DNA of 64,000 bases from an uncultured Fibrobacterota bacterium. Lineage in GTDB: Bacteria > Fibrobacterota > Chitinivibrionia > Chitinivibrionales > FEN-1185. The position numbers were made by a program, and so were the translations under genes. The notes under the pieces are model-generated. The model had not been told where the DNA came from. It saw only the letters and a list, made by a program, of their open reading frames with translations, and searched no databases. The stretch lies in contig CAVWBU010000018.1 of assembly GCA_963753345.1 (NCBI GenBank), positions 1 to 64,000 on the forward strand. Direction: 5' to 3'. This document shows positions 47,823 through 57,998 of the stretch, in pieces; within the stretch, counting starts at the first letter, position 1, and the number at the start of each line of letters is the position of its first letter.

Positions 47823-48499
47823 AGTAGAAAGCCCTCTGAAAAAGTGAAGGGTGCTGTCTCGGTTTGAAAGGATTTCGCTTCTTCAACAGGGCAACACTGC
47901 ATTCATGTTCTGAGTGAGAAACCGATTAACCCAAGTGTGGAGTGTCACCTATATCAGAATCTTCACGAAGTTGCTATCCGGTTTATAGCTCAGCTTTTCC
48001 CTTGCGCATGATGTGAAATGAATAACCGGCGATAAAGAACAATTTTTTTTGGGGCTGATTTGGTTGGGTGTCTCCCTGCGAGAATGTAATATACAATCGG
48101 CATGCCACAACGAATTGGCGAATTTAGGGGCTTTGTCTTCCGCAAGGAACCGGTCATCGGGCTGTCGCACCTGCCGCAGCAGTTCCGCGGCGGCGCGGCC
48201 GCCGGCCCGCGATCAATCTCTCATGTCAAGGTTTTCCACTTTTTTCGCTTCCTACCAAACGCAACCATGGTTTCATTTAGTTCTACCAAACGAAATTAGA
48301 CTTGCGTTTAGTATGGCAAAATGGGAAGTCATAAGCGGTGCGTTGAGTTTATGGGTCTATTTTGACACAACAGCACCTTGTTCAGGAAGTGCAAGCGGCT
48401 GGGGATCTATGCCAGGAAAGACGGGGGGGGGGGTAATCCATTTTCCTTTTTTAGCTGATCTGACGCTCTTCGTCGCTGATCAGTAATTTTTGCCTCGCT

Positions 48500-48673
48500 T
48501 TATTTCTTTCCGCCCTCCGCCATCTCATATCTCCGGTGCCATTTTGCAATCACCTCTTTTTCGTGCTCAATGGCGTAAGGATCGTCCGGATTTTTTCTCT
48601 GATTCTCAGGAAGAGAAAAGGAATCTTCCAGACGGCATCTTCGCTCTTTTTCATCATGCATGGTTTGGTTCAT
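48500..48673 (-). CDS. Small hypothetical protein
   Basis: 57 aa, ggagg RBS. Confidence 0.5.
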   Translation of the reverse strand: MNQTMHDEKERRCRLEDSFSLPENQRKNPDDPYAIEHEKEVIAKWHRRYEMAEGGKK

Positions 48674-49077
48674 AAGACCTCCCTTGTTAAGCGGTTGAAT
48701 AGGGAGTTTCCACAACTCATCTTTCTTTTATAGAGATTACGTTTAGCCAGGAGGGAATATGGCAGGAAGAATGCTGGAAACAGGGATCAGGATAGTCTGA
48801 TTGACTGCCGATTGCCGATGACGGTGTGGCGCAGAAGAGCAAGGCGTTTTCCCGGTTTTTGCGTTGTGGGAATAACGTTATTTGTCGGAAGGGGGGCGGC
48901 AAAAATTGAAAGCGGCGGAATTTAATACCCTTGACATCCGCTCCTACGGCTTTCTATATTCCAATAAGGCAAACCGATGCCGGAGCAAGACCGGACGGTC
49001 TGGCCGCAATTCCGCAAGAGTCAACCGCAGTGTAGGTTTTCGGGCCTCTTCCTGTTCATTCAACAAGGGAGGTTGTA

Positions 49078-50109
49078 ATGCGTTTAACCGGCGTGTTACT
49101 CTTTCTTTTGGCGACAGGAAACGTTGCTTTTGGCCAGGTTGCTTCCGATTACTACAATAAACCGAGTCAGGAGGTGTTCGAGAGCGTTTCTCAGGAGAGC
49201 ACGTTTGTTCATCACGGTGGTTTCTTGCCGTGTTTCAAGTCCGTCCTGCAATGGGCTCAAAAGAACAGGGAGAAGTACAATTTTCTTTCCGTGACCTCCG
49301 TCGATTCTTTGGGCATCGTCCGGGTGACCTCATCGTTCGATTGTCAACATCTTCACAGCGCCGACCGGCCGGGGTTGCTCACGCCGTGCAATTTGATCCT
49401 GACATCACGTTCGAATTCGCTGGCAATCGGATTCGCTGATCTCAAGTCAAGAGATTGCGGGGTATTGTGGCGGGTGTCCATTGAAAAGGAACTGGTCCGT
49501 CTCATCTCACTTCTTCCGGATTCCGTTCCGTCACCAAGTGTTCCCGTCGCGAGGCACCTGTATCGAGGATTGGGGTATCCCGGGAGCGTCGATTCCATTT
49601 TTGACGCGATTCGCGCCGACAGCATGGCCCACGCCGACAGCGTTTTTCAGGCCCGCATTTCGGATTCCATTGCCGCTCTGGCGCAGGCCGCGGCCGCGGT
49701 CGATGTTGACACCGCGGCACGCAGAGAAACCGACAGTATCGGCATTGTCGTTCGCAAAGACTCTGTTGAGGAGCAGAAACAGGCGGCGGAAATTTTCAAA
49801 AATAGTCCTGTTCTCAAGGGGAAGGAAGTTACCACTGATGCAAAACTAGACTGTCTTGTCTTTTTTCTTTCCAACAAGCTTCGAACCGTGGAACAGATGA
49901 GAACCTATCTCGTGTGCCTTGAGAAGCTTTGCAACGATGGGATGTCGTTTTATTACGCTGTGAGGAAAATGGTGTCACCCGACCAAAAACATTTGTGTCT
50001 GCTTTCATACAAGAAACTGCAGGGCGATTACGGCAAAGTGCAGGCTATGCTCTATAGAGTGGAAGGTGGCGACAGAGAAATGCCTCGCCCGGCCGGAAGA
50101 GAGCGTTGA
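49078..50109 (+). CDS. Secreted hypothetical protein
   Basis: ggagg RBS, signal peptide. Confidence 0.75.
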   Translation: MRLTGVLLFLLATGNVAFGQVASDYYNKPSQEVFESVSQESTFVHHGGFLPCFKSVLQWAQKNREKYNFLSVTSVDSLGIVRVTSSFDCQHLHSADRPGLLTPCNLILTSRSNSLAIGFADLKSRDCGVLWRVSIEKELVRLISLLPDSVPSPSVPVARHLYRGLGYPGSVDSIFDAIRADSMAHADSVFQARISDSIAALAQAAAAVDVDTAARRETDSIGIVVRKDSVEEQKQAAEIFKNSPVLKGKEVTTDAKLDCLVFFLSNKLRTVEQMRTYLVCLEKLCNDGMSFYYAVRKMVSPDQKHLCLLSYKKLQGDYGKVQAMLYRVEGGDREMPRPAGRER

Positions 50110-50242
50110 GTGGCACGCCCCCTCGCAACTGTCAAGTTTAAGACCGCTGCAAAACCGCCACGGAAATACACCGGATACTGTTTTTGGGGTCGGAATTCAG
50201 CGTGATGTATTTTAATACGTCGAAATTCGCTGAAATTTCAAT

Positions 50243-50316
50243 GCCCCAGTAGCTCAGTTGGATAGAGCACCGGTTTCCTAAACCGGTTGTCACTGGTTCA
50301 ATTCCGGTCTGGGGTA
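50243..50316 (+). tRNA. tRNA-Arg (anticodon CCT)
   Basis: Acceptor gccccag/ctggggt; D-arm gctc/gagc; anticodon ccggt-ttCCTaa-accgg; T-loop ttcaatt; CCA not encoded. Confidence 0.93.
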
Positions 50317-50505
50317 CTCTTTTTTCCCCGTAAAAGCAGGCTGTTCTTGGAAGTTTGTCCCAAGAATGGCCTGTCTTCCATGGTTCCTTTTCCTCGTTGC
50401 TTTTGGGCCCGGAAATATCAGGAAAAGCGTCCATCTTTTCCATCATCCCGGGCCATGACCGATTGCGATCCACCCTGTGATATTTTGCAGGACTTCACAC
50501 GTTTC

Positions 50506-53112
50506 CTACCGTACCAATGCAAAAGCTGCCGTCCGGCAGCTGTCGCCGATCTTGACTATTGCGCAATAGACCCCCGGCGGCGATTCGAGGCCGCTTTTTC
50601 CCGTCGCGGGCCAGAGTATCCGCTTTTCCGCGCTGCACCCTTTGCCGTCCCATTTCCAGATGAGCCGTCCCTGCTGGCTGTAAATCGCGATCGACAAGCC
50701 CGTGGTTCCGGTCGCCGGAATAACAAAGGTGACACCGGTTCCAGAGGGCCTCATCGAGAACCGCTGCAGCGCTTTCGTATAATCGCCGGCACCGACGCCG
50801 GCGCCTTTTGTCAAGGTAATGACCAGGCGTTTTACCAGATTTACGGGCACGCGGACCGTGCCGTCGGCCGCGGCGGTTTCTACAATCGGCGCCGCGCTGT
50901 CGACCGTGGCCGTGTATTGGCTCCCGGCAATCAATCCACCCGCGACAATCGTGTCGGCCCCGCCGCCGGTGTTGTACGACGGCTCAGCTTCGATCGTCAC
51001 CGCTTGCGCGCCGTTACGCCATGACAGATTCGCGCTGATGGCCGACCGGACCAGCGCGGTTCCCGCGATTGACACAACCGTGCCGCGCGTTATCATGGCA
51101 AACGACGTCGATGCATTCTGGGTGCGCACCAGCAGATTGGTCGCGTCGGATTGGATATTCCCTACAGTCAAGGTTCCAGAATCGGAACGCATGGCGAACA
51201 TGTCGGTGGTGGCGCCGTTCTGCACCTGCACCGCGGTTCCGCCGGTGGCGGCAAGCAGGCTGCTGGCAAGCGCCGGCTGATTGTTGTGCTGCGGCACCAC
51301 CACCGCAGTGAAATGCGTCGACGAAGCGCGGGTCGTGACGGAAAGGCACGGGTGTGACGTGGCCACCAAAGGATCGACGGGAAGGAACGCGCTTTGCAGG
51401 CTGGATGCGGGCGGTTCAAGGAAACGGATGTCAAGACGCATGTTCGATGAATCGGTCACGATAAATTCACCGGCCTGGCCGTTGGACCACGTGCCGGTTT
51501 TGTGGAGCCGCCAGTTGAAAGCGTGCGCGGCAGTGCCCGTGCCTTTCAGATCGTCAATTGATATCACATATCCCCCTTCGACAAAAGCGATATGCCGCAC
51601 GAATTTGCTTGCGTTGACATAGAGTTTTGACGCATCCCCGGCCGCGCATGCGCTTGAGCCCGACAGCATAACGTCGGCCAGATGGCCGCACAAACTGTAA
51701 TCGAACGGCTGATACCATTCGCCGCCCTCATTGGTCTGGCCGAGCGTGTCTATCACGATAGTATTATGGCTTCGCGTAAGCTTGTTGTCGGTCGGGTACC
51801 CGTCGTCCTGCGCAAGCATCCTGCCGCCGGAAAACAGCAGGAAATGGTTCTGATCCGGATGATCGTGCGCAACATTGACGTAATTGCCGTTGCGCAACTG
51901 CTGCATATGATTTCCGCCCGGAGGCCCGCATTTGAACACGAATGCGGTCGCCGTATCGGCCCATGAACCGCGGATTGAGAACATTTCCAGATCCGGCCAG
52001 AACCGGTATAAGGGCAACGTTGCATACGATTGCGGCTGCAGCGTATCGGGATACCAGAGCATGCCCCACATGGTCTGCTGGTAAAAACCGCCGGACTGCT
52101 CTTTCATCAAACGCCGAATCACCGAATCCGCCTGGGCATCTTGGGTGCGGCCGATCCCCGGCAGCCACGCTTCCGCATTGCTGGGCTGACCCTCGTCGGC
52201 GTCGCCGATGTTGAACATGTTGCTCCACCCGGGCGTGTTCATATACAAACGATAAAGATAATCGTTTGTAAAGTGCGGTTTACCGAGTGTCGGGTCGTTC
52301 CCGGTCACGTGTTCGATGAGCAGGGCGGTGCGCGCCACCCACGGGTAGCCGTAATCCCAGTACCCCGCTCCCTCATGCGTGCTCCCGTCATCGGGCAGCC
52401 ATTGGGTGACCTTGGTGAAACACCCGACCGCCAGATCGGCCGCGGTCTGCACGTTGATCGCCGGATCGTCACCGTACATCGCAAATGACGCATGGGCAAG
52501 TCCGTGAATGCGGTTGTGCATGTGGTTATTCTGAAAGTCCTCGGTCCAGTATTGACCCACCGCGAATCGCGGCTGAATGGTGTCAATCGAGCGCTTGAGG
52601 GCGGTCCGCAATGTGGCACGGTCCGTCGGCGACAGATAACCGTAGAGAATATCATATGTCAATGCCATGCCGGAGGTTATATCCATGGGAATCAGATCGT
52701 CGGCGAGCCAATCGGACCGCCCGGCGTAAAACAGCGCCCACGATCGCGCCGCGTTGGCGTAGGCGGTATCGCCTTCGACAAGGTAGAACATGCACATGGA
52801 GAATTGTCCCCAGAAGCCGAAGAGATAATCTTTCCACGTGCCCGGCGGATCGGGTGTGCGCTGCGATACGTAGCCGCCGAAGTCGCTCTTTGCCTTTTTG
52901 TAAAACCAGCTGCACGGTCCCAGCGCGCGCTGCTTGATGGTGGGGATGTCGGCCTGGGTGAAGTAAAGGCGTGGATGCGTGCCTGCCAGATCGGAGCGCA
53001 TCACGAAGGTGTTGAGCGGGGGCTGGACAACAATGGACTGGCCCGCCGCGAAGGCGAGCAATGCCAGCGTGATCATCATGCCGCGAATTGAGAGAGCCTT
53101 AATGTTCTTCAT
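50506..53112 (-). CDS. Heparinase II/III-like polysaccharide lyase (DUF4962-like N-terminus) with C-terminal sorting domain
   Basis: HPRLYF, NNH, DG..HEG.GYW.Y, HDHPDQNHF, SHNTI. Confidence 0.85.
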   Translation of the reverse strand: MKNIKALSIRGMMITLALLAFAAGQSIVVQPPLNTFVMRSDLAGTHPRLYFTQADIPTIKQRALGPCSWFYKKAKSDFGGYVSQRTPDPPGTWKDYLFGFWGQFSMCMFYLVEGDTAYANAARSWALFYAGRSDWLADDLIPMDITSGMALTYDILYGYLSPTDRATLRTALKRSIDTIQPRFAVGQYWTEDFQNNHMHNRIHGLAHASFAMYGDDPAINVQTAADLAVGCFTKVTQWLPDDGSTHEGAGYWDYGYPWVARTALLIEHVTGNDPTLGKPHFTNDYLYRLYMNTPGWSNMFNIGDADEGQPSNAEAWLPGIGRTQDAQADSVIRRLMKEQSGGFYQQTMWGMLWYPDTLQPQSYATLPLYRFWPDLEMFSIRGSWADTATAFVFKCGPPGGNHMQQLRNGNYVNVAHDHPDQNHFLLFSGGRMLAQDDGYPTDNKLTRSHNTIVIDTLGQTNEGGEWYQPFDYSLCGHLADVMLSGSSACAAGDASKLYVNASKFVRHIAFVEGGYVISIDDLKGTGTAAHAFNWRLHKTGTWSNGQAGEFIVTDSSNMRLDIRFLEPPASSLQSAFLPVDPLVATSHPCLSVTTRASSTHFTAVVVPQHNNQPALASSLLAATGGTAVQVQNGATTDMFAMRSDSGTLTVGNIQSDATNLLVRTQNASTSFAMITRGTVVSIAGTALVRSAISANLSWRNGAQAVTIEAEPSYNTGGGADTIVAGGLIAGSQYTATVDSAAPIVETAAADGTVRVPVNLVKRLVITLTKGAGVGAGDYTKALQRFSMRPSGTGVTFVIPATGTTGLSIAIYSQQGRLIWKWDGKGCSAEKRILWPATGKSGLESPPGVYCAIVKIGDSCRTAAFALVR

Positions 53113-53182
53113 GCGATAACCTCCTGCTGATGAGGTTGATTTTTCGAGAGGCGGTGGTTGATTTTAGAGCGTTCTTATCCGG

Positions 53183-54400
53183 TCATTTCGTTACGACAAA
53201 TGACGAGGATAGCGAAGTATTCCTACCTGTAACAGACACCAGATATGTGCCATTTGACAACCCCCCAACCGGCATATACAGGATTCCATTACAAGCCTGA
53301 TGCGTGGCCGAATAGATCTTTTTTCCTGCAAGATTGAACAAACCAATGGCGACTGAGCCGTTATTCGAAGTCTCCGGAAATAACACTGCGATACTATTTT
53401 TATTGATAGTTATTTTTAATTCATTGGTATATGGCTTTAATATTTCCTGGTGCGGGTTAGGATTAATTGCCGATAGCATTTCTGAAAGTGGCCTATACCA
53501 TACCCCGTTTTCACCCGTCGCAACAAAGATCGTGTTACCATTTGTGGCAAGGAAGTACAGAACAATATTCATTGGGAGACCCAAACTAACTTCAGTCCAG
53601 CTTGTGCCATCATTGCCTGAAAGGAAAACGCGGCCATTATAGGTAGCGGCAAAGATATTGCTACCGCTTGCTGCAAGAGTCCAGATATAAGTTCTCGCGG
53701 GGAGACCGGAATTGACCGGAGCCCAGCTTGTGCCGTTATTAGTGGATAAGAAGACACCGCCACAAGTCGAAGAAAAAATATTGCTCCCACTGACTGCAAG
53801 GGAAAAGACACAAGTATTCATCGGAAGACCAGAATCGACTGCAGTCCAGCTTGTGCCGTTATTATCTGAAAGGAATACTCCGCTGGTATTAGTTCCGTCG
53901 AAGATATTGTTGCCGCTCACGGCCAGAGAGTACGTATAAGGATTCGTTAGTCCGGAATTGACCGCAGTCCAACTTGTGCCGTTGTTGTTGGATAGAAAAA
54001 TACCGGTGCCATAAGTCCCGGCAAAAATATTGCTGCCGCTCACGGCAAGGGCGTAGACATAAGCACTGTCCGGAAGGCCGGAGTTGACAGCAGTCCAGCT
54101 TGCACCGTTATTTGTTGACAAGAAAACACCGTTGCTGTAGGTGCCGGCAAAAATATTGCTGCCGCTCACGGCAAGAGAAATAACAGAGATACCACCTGGG
54201 GGGAAGCCAGAATCGACGCTAGTCCAGTTTTTTCCGTTGTTGGTGGATCGATAAGCGCCCATATATCCAGCGAAAACATTGCTATCCCTCACAGCAAGTG
54301 CAAGAACGGAGCTCGCCAGACCTTGGCCCTGCACCCATTGAGCATTTGTCGTATTCGCAACCGTAGCTAGTAGCACGAATAGACAAATGGCTTTTTTCAT
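53183..54400 (-). CDS. Secreted BNR/beta-propeller repeat protein with T9SS-like CTD
   Basis: Repeats of LAVSGSNIFAGTY..GVFLSTNNGTSWTAVNSGLP; CTD FNLAGKKI...LSNGTYLV. Confidence 0.88.
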   Translation of the reverse strand: MKKAICLFVLLATVANTTNAQWVQGQGLASSVLALAVRDSNVFAGYMGAYRSTNNGKNWTSVDSGFPPGGISVISLAVSGSNIFAGTYSNGVFLSTNNGASWTAVNSGLPDSAYVYALAVSGSNIFAGTYGTGIFLSNNNGTSWTAVNSGLTNPYTYSLAVSGNNIFDGTNTSGVFLSDNNGTSWTAVDSGLPMNTCVFSLAVSGSNIFSSTCGGVFLSTNNGTSWAPVNSGLPARTYIWTLAASGSNIFAATYNGRVFLSGNDGTSWTEVSLGLPMNIVLYFLATNGNTIFVATGENGVWYRPLSEMLSAINPNPHQEILKPYTNELKITINKNSIAVLFPETSNNGSVAIGLFNLAGKKIYSATHQACNGILYMPVGGLSNGTYLVSVTGRNTSLSSSFVVTK

Positions 54401-54548
54401 TTGCTTCTCCTTGCATGAAACAAACGGCTGACTCGACCAGGTGCGAACTATGAAGATCCAGCAGGTGAAAAAAAATAGCCCGGACGTGCCTAATTATACC
54501 ACCAGAGTATGTGCAGGTGCAAGAAGAAGTGGGTGAGCCTGAGACGGC

Positions 54549-54594
54549 TTTCCTAAACCGGTTGTCACCGGTTCAACGCCGGTCCCGGGTACCA
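54549..54594 (+). repeat. Duplicated 3' half of tRNA-Arg(CCT), attR-like
   Basis: tttcctaaaccggttgtcac shared with the tRNA; ends gggtacca. Confidence 0.8.
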
Positions 54595-54600
54595 TCTTGA

Positions 54601-54645
54601 AGGCTCCGGAATTCCCTCCAAAAGGTTCCGGGGCTTTTCGTTTTT
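54601..54645 (+). terminator. Rho-independent terminator candidate
   Basis: aggctccggaa...ttccggggctt followed by a T-tract. Confidence 0.6.
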
Positions 54646-54799
54646 CCGTGAGGCGGGCACGGCCTCCTCAAACCTCACCTCCGTCATAGGTTGTTACCTG
54701 AAATGTAATAAAATTCACATTCTTGTTTAAACAAATCACCATATAAATCAATAAGTTATCATACATAAAGCTGTTACACAAAAATATCACATTTTCTGC

Positions 54800-54828
54800 T
54801 TGATTTACTGCAAAAAAGCGGTTATAAT
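54800..54828 (+). promoter_or_regulatory. Sigma70-type promoter of the TIGR02147 gene
   Basis: TTGATT-17 bp-TATAAT. Confidence 0.65.
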
Positions 54829-54838
54829 TACTGGTATC

Positions 54839-55696
54839 ATGAACACCCTGCCCGACCTCTACGAATACCTCGACTACCGCAAGTTTCTATCCGATTTTTA
54901 CGACGCGAAGAAGCGCGCGAATCCATTGTACTCGTACCGGGTGTTTGCGCGCAAGGCGGGATTCAACAACCAGGGGTTCTTCATCGACGTCGTGAAACGG
55001 CGCAAGAAGCTTTCCGACAACGCAACAAAGAAAATGACCAGGGGCATGGACCTTGCCGAAGATCGGGCAAGGTACTTCAAGTATCTTGTCAAATACGACC
55101 AGGCCAAAGACGGCGAGGAAAAGGAATTGCTCCTCAAGAAACTCCTGGAATTCAAGTCGAGAACCCTTTTCAACAATGTGTCTTTGCAGTACGCGAACTA
55201 TTATCTGAAATGGTATAATCCCGTTATACGCGAGATCATCGCCGTTGAAGGGTTCGACGGCGATTTCAAGAAGCTTGCCGACAAGATATTTCCCCGCGTG
55301 AACGTGGCCCAGGTGAAGGAATCGGTGAGCGTGCTTGAGGCGCTGGGGATAATCGAGAAAGACGCGAAGAAGGGATACAAGGCAACCCTGATGAAGCTGC
55401 GTCCCAACGTCGTGGAATTGCGCGAGGTGATAAAAAACCTGCACCGCAGATGGATAGAACACAGTGTAAAGGCCATTGATGCAATAGAACCGGAACAGCG
55501 GTACATCAGCTCGCTCATGGTGGGCCTGCCCGCCGCCATTGTTCCCGAGCTCACCAGGAAATTCGAAGAGCTCAAGGAATACGTGCTCGCCGCCGCGGAG
55601 GATCGCGAAAAGGACCAGAAGAAGGACATGCAGATATTTCAGTTCAATTTTCAGTTGTTTCCGCGGAGCGCCGTGCTCGGGAACGGCCATGAGTAG
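54839..55696 (+). CDS. TIGR02147-family protein (Fibrobacterota-type HTH regulator-like)
   Basis: YEYLDYRKFL.DFY...SYR.FARKAG...WYNPVIRE...FQFNFQLFP. Confidence 0.9.
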   Translation: MNTLPDLYEYLDYRKFLSDFYDAKKRANPLYSYRVFARKAGFNNQGFFIDVVKRRKKLSDNATKKMTRGMDLAEDRARYFKYLVKYDQAKDGEEKELLLKKLLEFKSRTLFNNVSLQYANYYLKWYNPVIREIIAVEGFDGDFKKLADKIFPRVNVAQVKESVSVLEALGIIEKDAKKGYKATLMKLRPNVVELREVIKNLHRRWIEHSVKAIDAIEPEQRYISSLMVGLPAAIVPELTRKFEELKEYVLAAAEDREKDQKKDMQIFQFNFQLFPRSAVLGNGHE

Positions 55697-57335
55697 GTCG
55701 CTGGTCGCCACCCTTGCGCTCGGCGCGATGGCCGCTGCCTTCGGCCTGTACTGCTCGTCTGCGCCCCGCCTCACCGAGTCCACGCCGGCCGATGATTTTC
55801 CCAACGCGGTGGCCGGCATAGTACGGAATGCCGGCGGCAATCCGATTGTGGGCGCCGAGGTGTTCGTCCGGCCCAGCGATTTCCTGGGGGACACGGCCGG
55901 AGCACCGCCGGCGCCCGACGCCGTAACCGATTCGAGCGGCGCATTTCGTCTCGATTCGCTCGCCAACGGCAGATATATCATTGAGATCAGCCATGACACC
56001 CTTGGAGCCGCGGTAGCCTGCTCGCTTTACTCACGCGAACGACGGCTGGTCACCATCCCCGGGCTGCAGCTTGTGCCTTTCGGCGCCGTCACGGGCAAGG
56101 TTACGTACGCGGGTCTTGGCCCGGTGTATGTGCGCACCTACGGACTTGTGCGCTCGGTGCGCATGGATTCGCTGACGGGCGGTTACAGCATCGGCCGCGT
56201 GCCGGCGGGAACATTTTCCCTGCAGGTTTCCGCATTTGTTGCGACAGTGCCGCCGGTGACGGTTGCAAACGTCACGGTGGAGTCGGGTTTCCCGACCGCG
56301 GTTGATCCTGTGACGCTTCAGACATTCGATGAGGAAGACTACACCCAGTGGTCGTATTCGCGCACCATCCACCTGGTGACGACGCCGCTCGGCGCGAACG
56401 TGGGCGACACGGTCGTCCATTTTCCCGTCCTCGTTCGTCTTGATCAATCAACCATTGCATTCAGTCAGGCAAGCGCGGACGGCCGCGACATACGGTTCGC
56501 AAGGCCAAGCGGCATTCATTTGCATTACGAAATAGAACGGTGGGACGCTGTGGGCCGCAGTGCCGCAGTGTGGGTGAGAGTGGATACCCTGTACGGAAAC
56601 GCCACCACCGACATCATAATGTACTGGGGCCGCAAGAACGCGGCGGATTTTTCGCAGGGAAGCTCCGTGTTCGGCAGCACCGACGGGTACCTTGGCGTGT
56701 GGCACATGAACGACGAGTCGGACGCCACGGGTCAGGGACATACGCTCGTGTCCTTGTCGAATGCCACCACTCCGGCGTCGGACACGGGGCTCGCCGGCGG
56801 CGCAATGCGATTCGACGGCGTGGACGATTTCTGGTCTGTTCCCTATGCCTCGAACCTCGACGGCAACAACCGGTTCTCAGTTTCGGTATGGGCGCAGTGG
56901 CTGGGAAGTCAGGTGCCCGGGTACAACCGGATCATATCGAACAAGCGGGCATGGAACGATTCGGCCGGCTTCGAGCTCCTCACCATCAGCGGCAACGACA
57001 GCGCCATTGACGTCCGCTCGGAAGACTCCATCGGCAACGGGCCGCTCAACGTTATTGCCGGAGGATGGAAAGCTCACGGCTGGCACTACATCACCCTGGT
57101 CTGGAACAACGGCGTGTGCGCGATTTACGTTGACGGAAACCTTGCGGATGCGCCGCTTATCAACGCATTCTCCACCACAAACGATCTCGTGTTCGGCTCG
57201 AATGTGGGCAACACCGAGCAGAAATGGAACGGCCGGCTGGATGAAATACGTCTGTCGAACGGTCCGCTGTCCGCGGGGTGGATAAAGTTGTGTTATATGA
57301 ACCAGAAGCCGCAGGATGCGCTGTGCAAGTATTAA
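55689..57335 (+). CDS. Lipoprotein with carboxypeptidase-regulatory-like, DUF2341 and LamG domains
   Basis: Overlaps the upstream stop; FPVLVRL...DGRDIRF...YEIERW; GRLDEIRLS...WI. Confidence 0.88.
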   Translation: MSRSLVATLALGAMAAAFGLYCSSAPRLTESTPADDFPNAVAGIVRNAGGNPIVGAEVFVRPSDFLGDTAGAPPAPDAVTDSSGAFRLDSLANGRYIIEISHDTLGAAVACSLYSRERRLVTIPGLQLVPFGAVTGKVTYAGLGPVYVRTYGLVRSVRMDSLTGGYSIGRVPAGTFSLQVSAFVATVPPVTVANVTVESGFPTAVDPVTLQTFDEEDYTQWSYSRTIHLVTTPLGANVGDTVVHFPVLVRLDQSTIAFSQASADGRDIRFARPSGIHLHYEIERWDAVGRSAAVWVRVDTLYGNATTDIIMYWGRKNAADFSQGSSVFGSTDGYLGVWHMNDESDATGQGHTLVSLSNATTPASDTGLAGGAMRFDGVDDFWSVPYASNLDGNNRFSVSVWAQWLGSQVPGYNRIISNKRAWNDSAGFELLTISGNDSAIDVRSEDSIGNGPLNVIAGGWKAHGWHYITLVWNNGVCAIYVDGNLADAPLINAFSTTNDLVFGSNVGNTEQKWNGRLDEIRLSNGPLSAGWIKLCYMNQKPQDALCKY

Positions 57336-57365
57336 GTTTAGGTCCCGGAAGTTCAGATTGTTTTG

Positions 57366-57888
57366 CGGGGGAAGGTTCCCCCTCGCTGCGGCCCTGCGGT
57401 CCTCCGCTACCCCCTCGTGGGTAGCCCCCTAGAGAGTTGATTTGCGAGAAAGCAACTTCAGCTGCGGGGGCACCAAGAAAAATTGTAGAGATTGCGAAGA
57501 ATGAGCGGATAAGTTCGGATTGAAAAAAGCAGAAAAGAATGGCATTGCGAGCGGATCTCCCGAAGTCGCACGTGGAATATTTTGCAGTTCAGCCACGTAG
57601 TAGCGCAATATTTATAGCCCGGGGCAACGCCGCGGGAATACGAAGAGAACTATATGCATCTCCCCTCTCCACGGGTGGAGAGGGGGGCCGCGACAGCGGC
57701 CGGGGTGAGGCGACGGTCCTGCGTAAGCGAATCGGCGCAAGAAAAAGTAGTTGACAGAATAGAATCCTGTTGCCGCCGCGTTAAGGCGGGACTGGAAAAA
57801 TGGTCCCGCTGATGCGGGATGCCGCCCGGACCCGCCTTTTGTAGAGACGCAGCGGCGCTGCGCCTCTACATATCCGGGGGAACGCCCA
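57366..57888 (+). repeat. Modular intergenic repeat, copy E (REP-like inserts incl. the GTAG palindrome at 57841-57869)
   Basis: Same blocks; gtagagacgcagc..gctgcgcctctac. Confidence 0.85.
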
Positions 57889-57941
57889 GATTACTATTTT
57901 GCCATGACAACCTCAAACAGGTGCGCCCTGACAGATGCACG

Positions 57942-57974
57942 AAAAAAAAGGACTTGCCGAAGCAAGTCCCTTTT
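57942..57974 (-). terminator. Rho-independent terminator (likely bidirectional)
   Basis: ggacttgc-cgaa-gcaagtcc flanked by A8 and T4. Confidence 0.85.
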
Positions 57975-57998
57975 CGATTGTCAACGTACCGGAATTGA

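Noticed and set aside
54520-54594. Second complete tRNA-Arg
   Set aside because: The 5' acceptor strand and D-arm are missing; only the 3' half is present.
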